Positions 6,916-13,202 of a stretch of DNA of 13,202 bases are shown in pieces. Source of the stretch: a bacterium (lineage in GTDB: Bacteria; Sysuimicrobiota; Sysuimicrobiia; Sysuimicrobiales; Kaftiobacteriaceae). Location: contig JBIOWP010000036.1 of NCBI GenBank assembly GCA_044868695.1, forward strand, positions 1 through 13,202, in the 5' to 3' direction. The position numbers and the translations under genes are program-made. Below the pieces are notes generated by a model that was not told the origin of the DNA, made no database searches, and saw only the letters and a program-made list of their open reading frames with translations. The first letter of the stretch is position 1; every line of letters starts with the position of its first letter.

Positions 6916-7170
6916 GTGGAAATTGATCTCGAGCGGGCGCGCCACGCCCTATTGCAGTTGGGAACCGCACTGGAGGAGGCGCGCAGTGTCATCCGGCCGG
7001 GGCCGGCCGGGATGGTGCGGGTGAAGACCAACGACCGGATTGTGGAGCTGCCGGTGTCCTGGGCCGTCGCCGGGGCGGTGGCGTTCGCGGTGGCCGCGAT
7101 CCTGTCCAGCGTCCCCATGCCGTCGGTCCGCCGCCGCGAGCGAAACGAAGAACCGCTCGGGATCGGATAG
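6916..7170 (+). CDS. Small membrane-anchored protein, probably divergent DUF4342-like
   Basis: 84 aa, GTG start with a perfect RBS. The segment VIRPG...[22 protein letters not shown], followed by a hydrophobic helix, resembles the DUF4342 pattern as I recall it. The family call is unverified; the ORF itself is well supported. Confidence 0.7.
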   Translation: MEIDLERARHALLQLGTALEEARSVIRPGPAGMVRVKTNDRIVELPVSWAVAGAVAFAVAAILSSVPMPSVRRRERNEEPLGIG

Positions 7171-7190
7171 CATTTCGGATTGCCAGCAGA

Positions 7191-7226
7191 GCCCTCCGTC
7201 CCCGGGACGCGCGGGCCTTTTTATTT
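7191..7226 (+). terminator. Intrinsic terminator-like hairpin between the small ORF and glyQ
   Basis: GCCC-TC-CGTCC-(CCG)-GGACG-CGC-GGGC followed by CTTTTTATTT. Confidence 0.6.
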
Positions 7227-7253
7227 CAGATTGCGGATGACGGAGTGCGGACT
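7226..7253 (+). repeat. Degenerate tandem array of four 7-bp units (GCGGATT-like)
   Basis: TCAGATT GCGGATG ACGGAGT GCGGACT. A related copy, ATTTCGGATTGC, is at 7172-7183. Confidence 0.55.
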
Positions 7254-7262
7254 GACCGGTCG

Positions 7263-8177
7263 GTGACATTCCAGGATGTCGTCCTGTCGCTGCAGGCGTT
7301 CTGGGCCGCGCAGGGATGCGTCATCGAGCAACCCTACGATCTCGAGGTCGGGGCGGGGACCATGCACCCGTCGACCTTCCTTCGCGCGCTGGGGCCGGAG
7401 CCGTGGCGTGTGGCGTTCGTCCAGCCGTCCCGCCGCCCGGCGGACGGCCGGTACGGCGAGAACCCCAACCGGTTGTACAAGCACTACCAGTACCAGGTTG
7501 TGCTGAAGCCGTCTCCCGATGACGTCCAGGACGTGTACCTGGAGAGCCTGGCGCACCTGGGGATGACGCTGCGTGACCACGACATCCGATTTCTCGAAGA
7601 TGACTGGGAGGCGCCGACGCTCGGCGCGTCGGGCCTAGGCTGGCAGGTCTTCCTCGACGGGAATGAAATCACGCAGTTTACCTACTTCCAGCAGATGGGC
7701 GGGTTGGAAGTCGCGCCGGTGTCCGCGGAAATCACGTACGGTCTCGAGCGCATCACCATGTATCTCCAGCGCAAGGCCACCGTCTTCGACGTGCTGTGGA
7801 CGCCGGGTCTGACCTACGGGGAACTCCGCCGCCAGGAAGAGGCTGAGCATTCCGCATACGGATTTGAGCATGCCGATGCGCAGATGCTACGGTCGGCGTT
7901 CGCCAGCCACGAGGCCGAGGCGCTTCGCCTCTTGGACGCCGGTCTCGTCTTGCCCGCGTACGACGCGGTGCTGAAATGCTCCCACCTGTTCAACCTGCTC
8001 GACGCCCGCGGCGCCGTCGGCGTCGCCGAACGCACGACGTTCATGGCCCGCAGCCGCGCGCTGGCGCGAAAATGTGCCGAGCAGTACGTGGCCGGGCGGG
8101 AGGCGCTGGGATACCCGCTGCTGCGGGCTGCGCAGACACCACCGCGCCGCGGAAGGCGGAAGGCGGCGCATGCCTGA
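7263..8177 (+). CDS. glyQ: Glycine--tRNA ligase alpha subunit
   Basis: [13 protein letters not shown]...[46 protein letters not shown] and [14 protein letters not shown]. The start is probably GTG 7263 (MTFQ); the alternative is GTG 7245. Confidence 0.97.
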   Translation: MTFQDVVLSLQAFWAAQGCVIEQPYDLEVGAGTMHPSTFLRALGPEPWRVAFVQPSRRPADGRYGENPNRLYKHYQYQVVLKPSPDDVQDVYLESLAHLGMTLRDHDIRFLEDDWEAPTLGASGLGWQVFLDGNEITQFTYFQQMGGLEVAPVSAEITYGLERITMYLQRKATVFDVLWTPGLTYGELRRQEEAEHSAYGFEHADAQMLRSAFASHEAEALRLLDAGLVLPAYDAVLKCSHLFNLLDARGAVGVAERTTFMARSRALARKCAEQYVAGREALGYPLLRAAQTPPRRGRRKAAHA

Positions 8178-10317
8178 TCTCCTGCTGGAAATCGGGACCG
8201 AAGAACTCCCGCCGGGCGACATCGCGCCCGCGCTGCGGCAGCTGGCCGACGGCGTCCGGGCGGCGCTTTCGGAGCTCCGGATCGACGCCGGCGCGATCCG
8301 CACGTACGGCACGCCGCGGCGGCTCGCGTTGACCTGCGCCGGTGTGGCGTCCGCTCAGCGTTCGTCGACACGGGAGGTCCGCGGCCCCGCCGCGCAGGCT
8401 GCCTTCGACGCGGAGGGCCGGCCCACACAGGCGGCGATCGGCTTTGCGCGCAGCCAGGGCGTGGCGGTGGAGCGGCTGCGCGTTCACGAGGACCAACGCC
8501 GGCGCTATGTCGTTGCCGTGCTGGAAGAACGCGGCAGGCGGGCCGGCGCCGTTCTGCCCGCCGCCCTCGCCGCCGTGGCAGCGGAGCTGTCGTTTGCCAA
8601 GACGATGCGGTGGGGACACGGCGACGCGCGGTTTGCCCGGCCGGTGCGCTGGGTCGTGGCGCTGCTCGGGTCGTCCGTGCTGCCCGTGGAGATCGCCGGA
8701 GTCCGCGCAGGGCGGACGACCCGGGGCCACCGGATTCTCGGCCGCGTCCCGCGCCCGGTGCGCAGCGCCTCGGCGTATCCGCAGGTCCTGCGGAGGGCCG
8801 GTGTGATCGGCGATCCGGATGAGCGGAGGCGAATGATTGTCCGCCAGACGACGGCGCTGGCGGCTCAGGCGCGCGGTACCCCGATGCTGACGCCCACGCT
8901 GCTGGATGAGATCGTAATGAGCACCGAGCATCCGCAGGCGCTGCGCGGCGCGTTCGATCCCGAGTTCCTCTCGCTGCCGGGCCCGGTCCTGGTGACCGTG
9001 ATGCAGCACCATCAGAAATACTTTGCGGTCGAAGGCGGCGGGCGGAAGCTCCTGCCGTGCTTCATCGCGGTGCGGGACGGCGGCGCCGCGCATCTGGCGA
9101 CGGTGCGGCAGGGCCACGAGTGGGTGTTGCGCGCGCGGCTGGCCGATGCGCGCTTCTTCTTTCAGGAGGACCGCAAACAGAAGCTGGAGGACTACCTGCC
9201 GCGTCTGGACGGCGTCGTGTTCCAGACTCAGCTGGGCACCATGGCGGAGAAGACCCGCCGCCTGGTCACGCTTGCCCGGCACGTCGCAGGGCTGCTGCTC
9301 CTGGACGGGCGCACCTCCGAGGCGCTGCTACGCGCGGCCACGCTGTGCAAGGCCGACCTGGTGACCCGTCTGGTCGGCGAATTTCCGGAACTGCAGGGTG
9401 TGATTGGGCAGACATACGCCGAACTCGACGGTGAGCCGGCCGAGGTAGCCCGGGCGATCGGCGAGCACTACCGGCCGACGGGGTCGGGCGACAGCGCTCC
9501 CAAGTCGCAGATCGGGGCGCTGCTTGGCCTCATCGACAAGATGGATACCCTGACCGGCGCCATGGATGCGGGCCTGAAGCCGACCGGCTCGCAGGATCCG
9601 TATGGCCTGCGCCGTGCCGCGCAGGGGGTTGTGGAGATCGTGCTGATGCTGCGGCTGCGCCTCCCGCTGAGACTCCTGGCGGACGCGGCGGCCGCCGGGT
9701 ACCAGCGGACGGCTCCAACCGGCCAGTCCGGCGAGGTCGTGGATTTTGTGGTTGAGCGGCTGCGGACGGCCCTCATCGAGCGCGGCATCCGGTACGACCT
9801 GGTGGACGCGGCCCTGGCCGTGGGCGGTGACGACGTGCTGGCCGGCGCAGACCGCGCGCAGGCCCTGCAGGCGACGGCGTCCGGCCCGGAGTTCTCCAGG
9901 TTGTACGTAGCGTATGACCGGGCGTCACGCATTCTCGGTCCCGGCGTCTCATCGGAGGTCGATCCGGCGCGGTTCGAAGCGCCGGTTGAGCGGGCGGTCT
10001 ATGATGCCGTCGCCGCGGCCGCTCCACAGGTGCGGGCCGCCGCCGCGAACGGGGACTACCACGCGGCCATGGCCGCGTTGCTGCCGCTGACCGCACCGGT
10101 GGACCAGTTGTTTGACGATGTGCTGATCATGGCTCCCGATCCCGCCGTGCGGACCAACCGGTTCGCCCTCCTGCGGTCGGTGGTTGAGATCTTCCGCCAC
10201 GTGGCGGACTTTTCGAAAGTCGTGATGACCGACGCACCGCGCCGGGCCACCGGGGAAGCCCGTACGGGGGCCGCGAAGAAGAGAGCATCCCGCCAGGACA
10301 TCCAGCAGACGAGGTGA
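8170..10317 (+). CDS. glyS: Glycine--tRNA ligase beta subunit
   Basis: Start reassigned to ATG 8170 (8-nt overlap with glyQ; RBS GGAAGG). [24 protein letters not shown]...[27 protein letters not shown]...VGEFPELQG and [12 protein letters not shown]. Confidence 0.97.
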   Translation: MPDLLLEIGTEELPPGDIAPALRQLADGVRAALSELRIDAGAIRTYGTPRRLALTCAGVASAQRSSTREVRGPAAQAAFDAEGRPTQAAIGFARSQGVAVERLRVHEDQRRRYVVAVLEERGRRAGAVLPAALAAVAAELSFAKTMRWGHGDARFARPVRWVVALLGSSVLPVEIAGVRAGRTTRGHRILGRVPRPVRSASAYPQVLRRAGVIGDPDERRRMIVRQTTALAAQARGTPMLTPTLLDEIVMSTEHPQALRGAFDPEFLSLPGPVLVTVMQHHQKYFAVEGGGRKLLPCFIAVRDGGAAHLATVRQGHEWVLRARLADARFFFQEDRKQKLEDYLPRLDGVVFQTQLGTMAEKTRRLVTLARHVAGLLLLDGRTSEALLRAATLCKADLVTRLVGEFPELQGVIGQTYAELDGEPAEVARAIGEHYRPTGSGDSAPKSQIGALLGLIDKMDTLTGAMDAGLKPTGSQDPYGLRRAAQGVVEIVLMLRLRLPLRLLADAAAAGYQRTAPTGQSGEVVDFVVERLRTALIERGIRYDLVDAALAVGGDDVLAGADRAQALQATASGPEFSRLYVAYDRASRILGPGVSSEVDPARFEAPVERAVYDAVAAAAPQVRAAAANGDYHAAMAALLPLTAPVDQLFDDVLIMAPDPAVRTNRFALLRSVVEIFRHVADFSKVVMTDAPRRATGEARTGAAKKRASRQDIQQTR

Positions 10318-10321
10318 CGCG

Positions 10322-13063
10322 ATGGCACAACTCCGGAATCGCCGTCCCAACCCCGCGGCCCGCAAGACGCCGCTGCGCCGGGAGAGACCGGCCCGCAAGG
10401 CCGGGAGGGGGCGGTGGACCCTGCTGTTTGGGGAAGGCAACGCGACGATGCGCGACCTGCTGGGCGGCAAGGGCGCGGGCCTCGCGGAGATGAGCCGCAT
10501 CGGACTGCCGGTGCCTCCCGGGTTCACCATCACGACCGATGCATGCCTCGAGTACTACCGCCGGGACCGGCGGGTCCCCGCGGGGCTGCTGGAGGAGGTC
10601 CGCGCGCGCATGCGCGCCGTCGAGCAGCGCGCCGGCCGGCGCTTCGGCGATGCCGCATCTCCGCTCCTGGTTTCAGTGCGGTCCGGCGCGAAGTTCAGCA
10701 TGCCGGGGATGATGGACACGGTGCTCAATCTCGGGCTGAACCAGATGACGTGCGACGGGCTCGCCAAGGGCACCGGCGACGCCCGGTTCGCCTACGATTC
10801 CTACCGGCGGTTCATGCAGATGTTCGGCAACGTCGTTCTGGGGATCAAGCACGAGCACTTCGAAGAGGCGCTGGCCGCGCTCAAGCGGGCGCGCCGTGTC
10901 ACGCAGGACACCGATCTGACCGCCGACGATCTGGCTCAGCTGTGCGAGACGTATCGCGCGATCGTGCGGAATCAAGGCGGCCGGGCGTTCCCGGACGATC
11001 CGTGGCAGCAGTTGGAACTGGCGATCCGGGCGGTGTTTGAGTCTTGGAACAACCAGCGCGCCATCACCTACCGCACATTTCACAAGATCCCCCATGACCT
11101 GGGCACGGCGGTCAACATCCAGACGATGGTCTTTGGGAACATGGGACCGCGGTCCGGCACCGGTGTGGCCTTCACGCGCAATCCGGCGACCGGCGAGAAG
11201 GCGGTGTACGGCGAGTACCTGCTGAACGCGCAGGGCGAAGACGTCGTCGCGGGCATCCGCACCCCCAAGCCTATTGCCGCCCTGGCGGAGGACCTACCGC
11301 AGGCCTACCGGCAGTTCATGGACATCTGTGCCCTGCTGGAAAAGCATTATCGCGACGTCCAGGACGTCGAGTTCACAGTCGAGAACGGCCGGCTGTACCT
11401 GCTGCAGACGCGCAGCGGGAAGCGCACCGCGCAGGCCGCGGTGAAGACCGCGGTGGACATGGTGCGCGAGAAACTGATCAGTCGTGACGAGGCCCTGCTG
11501 CGCGTGGAGCCGGCATCACTCGAACAGCTCCTGCACCCGCGGTTGGATCCGGATGCGCCCCGGCGGGTCATCGGCAGCGGCCTGGCTGCCAGCCCAGGCG
11601 CAGCGTCGGGGGTCGTGGTGTTCGATGCCGACGAGGCGGTGAAGCTGGCCGCCGCCGGCAAGGTGATCCTGGTCAGGCCGGAGACCAACCCCGACGACAT
11701 TCACGGCCTGGTCGCCGCCCAGGGCGTGCTGACCAGCCGCGGGGGCATGACCAGCCACGCGGCGATCGTGGCGCGCGGAATGGGCAAGCCGGCCGTGGTC
11801 GGCGCCGAGAGCGTCCGGATCGACGAGGACGCCGAACAGATGGCCGCCGGGAACGCGGTCGTGCGCAAGGGTGACGTGATCACCATCGACGGGTCTACCG
11901 GCGAGATCATGCTCGGCGAGATCCCGGTGATTGAGCCGCGCCTGACCGGCGAGATCCAGGAGCTGCTCCGGTGGGCCGACGAGGCCCGGACCCTGGGGGT
12001 GCGCGCGAACGCCGACTACCCCCGGGATGCGCGCAAGGCCAGGGAGTTTGGGTCGGAGGGCATCGGGCTGTGCCGGACCGAGCACATGTTCATGGAGGCC
12101 GAGCGCCTGCCGATCATGCAGCAGATGATCATGGCGGTCACCGAGCCGGAGCGCCGGGCGGCGCTGGCGGAGCTGCTGGAGTTTCAGAAGGACGACTTCA
12201 AGGGGATCTTCCGTGAGATGAAGGACCTGCCCGTCATCATCCGCCTGTTGGACCCGCCGCTCCATGAGTTTCTGCCGCGGATGGAAGACCTTCTGGTCGA
12301 GGTGACGGAGCACCGCCTGCGCAACGAGGCGGCGGCGCTGGCGGAGAAGGAGGCCCTGCTGCGCCGGGTGCAAACCCTGCATGAATTCAACCCGATGCTG
12401 GGGCTCCGCGGGTGCCGGCTGGGGATCCTCTACCCGGAGATCAACGAGATGCAGGTGCGGGCGATCCTGCTGGCGGCCATCGAGCTGAAGCGCGACGAGG
12501 GCATCGAGGTCGTCCCGGAGATCATGATTCCACTGATCGGAGACCCCAATGAGCTGCGCGTGGTGCAGCAGCAGCTGAGCACGGTGGCGCAGCAGGTCAT
12601 TGCGGAGGCTGGGGTGCCGGTGCGATACATGTTCGGGACGATGATCGAGATCCCGAGGGCGTGCCTGGTCGCCGACCAGATCGCGGAGATGGCCGAGTTC
12701 TTCTCGTTTGGAACGAACGACCTCACGCAGACGATCTTTGGATTCAGCCGCGACGATGCCCAGGCGAAGTTCCTCCACGTCTACCTGGAGAAAGGCATCC
12801 TCAAGGACGACCCCTTCCAGGTGCTCGATCGAGCTGGCGTGGGCCGGCTGATGGAGATGGGCGCGACGCTCGGCAAGAAGGCGCGGTCCGGGCTGGAGGT
12901 CGGGATCTGCGGCGAGCACGGCGGCGATCCGGCCTCGGTGGAATTCTGCCATCAGATCGGACTGGACTACGTCTCCTGCTCGCCGTTCCGCGTCCCCGTC
13001 GCCAGGCTGGCTGCGGCGCAGGCGCGCCTCACGGAGAAGATGGCGGTGGCGAAGGACGTCTAA
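10322..13063 (+). CDS. ppdK: Pyruvate, phosphate dikinase
   Basis: 913 aa, RBS GAGGTGA at 10311-10317. LLGGKGAGLAEM...LPVPPGFTITT, SVRSGAKFSMPGMMDT, phospho-His motif GGMTSHAA, GIGLCRTEHMF, FSFGTNDLTQ and GICGEHGGDP. Confidence 0.98.
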   Translation: MAQLRNRRPNPAARKTPLRRERPARKAGRGRWTLLFGEGNATMRDLLGGKGAGLAEMSRIGLPVPPGFTITTDACLEYYRRDRRVPAGLLEEVRARMRAVEQRAGRRFGDAASPLLVSVRSGAKFSMPGMMDTVLNLGLNQMTCDGLAKGTGDARFAYDSYRRFMQMFGNVVLGIKHEHFEEALAALKRARRVTQDTDLTADDLAQLCETYRAIVRNQGGRAFPDDPWQQLELAIRAVFESWNNQRAITYRTFHKIPHDLGTAVNIQTMVFGNMGPRSGTGVAFTRNPATGEKAVYGEYLLNAQGEDVVAGIRTPKPIAALAEDLPQAYRQFMDICALLEKHYRDVQDVEFTVENGRLYLLQTRSGKRTAQAAVKTAVDMVREKLISRDEALLRVEPASLEQLLHPRLDPDAPRRVIGSGLAASPGAASGVVVFDADEAVKLAAAGKVILVRPETNPDDIHGLVAAQGVLTSRGGMTSHAAIVARGMGKPAVVGAESVRIDEDAEQMAAGNAVVRKGDVITIDGSTGEIMLGEIPVIEPRLTGEIQELLRWADEARTLGVRANADYPRDARKAREFGSEGIGLCRTEHMFMEAERLPIMQQMIMAVTEPERRAALAELLEFQKDDFKGIFREMKDLPVIIRLLDPPLHEFLPRMEDLLVEVTEHRLRNEAAALAEKEALLRRVQTLHEFNPMLGLRGCRLGILYPEINEMQVRAILLAAIELKRDEGIEVVPEIMIPLIGDPNELRVVQQQLSTVAQQVIAEAGVPVRYMFGTMIEIPRACLVADQIAEMAEFFSFGTNDLTQTIFGFSRDDAQAKFLHVYLEKGILKDDPFQVLDRAGVGRLMEMGATLGKKARSGLEVGICGEHGGDPASVEFCHQIGLDYVSCSPFRVPVARLAAAQARLTEKMAVAKDV

Positions 13064-13074
13064 CACGAGACAGC

Positions 13075-13140
13075 GGGACCAGGGACCAGAGATATGTTGG
13101 TCACGGGCCCGACCCTCGTGTTGCTCGGGTCCCCGGTCCC
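13075..13140. repeat. Intergenic inverted repeat built from short GGGACC units
   Basis: GGGACCAGGGACC (13075-13087) and GGTCCCCGGTCCC (13128-13140) are complementary at 12 of 13 positions, with a 40-nt spacer and no U-tract. Confidence 0.6.
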
Positions 13141-13184
13141 ATCATTACTATCGTGGTTCTGACGCCGCGTGAGGTGACGGAGCA

Positions 13185-13202
13185 GTGGGAGCGGGAGCGG
13201 TT
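13185..13202 (+). CDS. Possible 5' end of the next gene (MGAGAV...), truncated by the window
   Basis: RBS-like GAGGTG at 13171-13176 lies 8 nt before GTG 13185. Only six codons are visible. Confidence 0.3.

Noticed and set aside
6955..7210. T-box riboswitch upstream of glyQS (AGTTGGGAACCGC near 6956-6968, GGTGGCCGCG at 7089-7098, and CGTCCC/GGGACG in the terminator)
   Set aside because: Neither candidate matches the UGGnACC bulge, both lie far from the terminator inside a well-formed ORF, and no Stem I is recognisable. The CGTCCC/GGGACG stem alone is insufficient.
11516..13066. Long antisense and alternate-frame ORFs (e.g. 11516-13066, 347-1405, 2217-3326, 3485-4363, 8041-9282 on the minus strand)
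   Set aside because: They are shadows of well-supported + strand genes. High-GC codon bias depletes stop codons in these frames, and they contain no recognisable motifs.

Overview
High-GC bacterial chromosomal window in which every supported gene lies on the + strand. The gene order resembles the conserved Firmicutes-type cdd-era-recO-glyQS-ppdK region. In order: the 3' end of a polar amino-acid ABC ATPase; a promoter; a CNNM/CorC (hemolysin-family) membrane protein; DUF502; cdd; era; a soluble MgtE-like protein (PRC-like + MgtE_N + CBS pair, no membrane domain); an Nramp-related Mg2+-type transporter; recO; a small DUF4342-like ORF with its own promoter and a downstream terminator; glyQ; glyS; ppdK. 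Three things stand out. (1) A 'split MgtE' module pairs a stand-alone MgtE cytosolic sensor with an Nramp-fold channel. (2) A family of 4-unit short tandem arrays, (NNGGGAAC)x4, is translated into protein termini; one inverted pair forms a 28/32-bp stem whose loop holds the cdd stop and era start. (3) A terminator with a possible alternative antiterminator lies between the small ORF and glyQS, where a T-box would usually be. No CRISPR array, RNA gene or transposase is visible. All calls come from reading motifs by eye; no searches were run.
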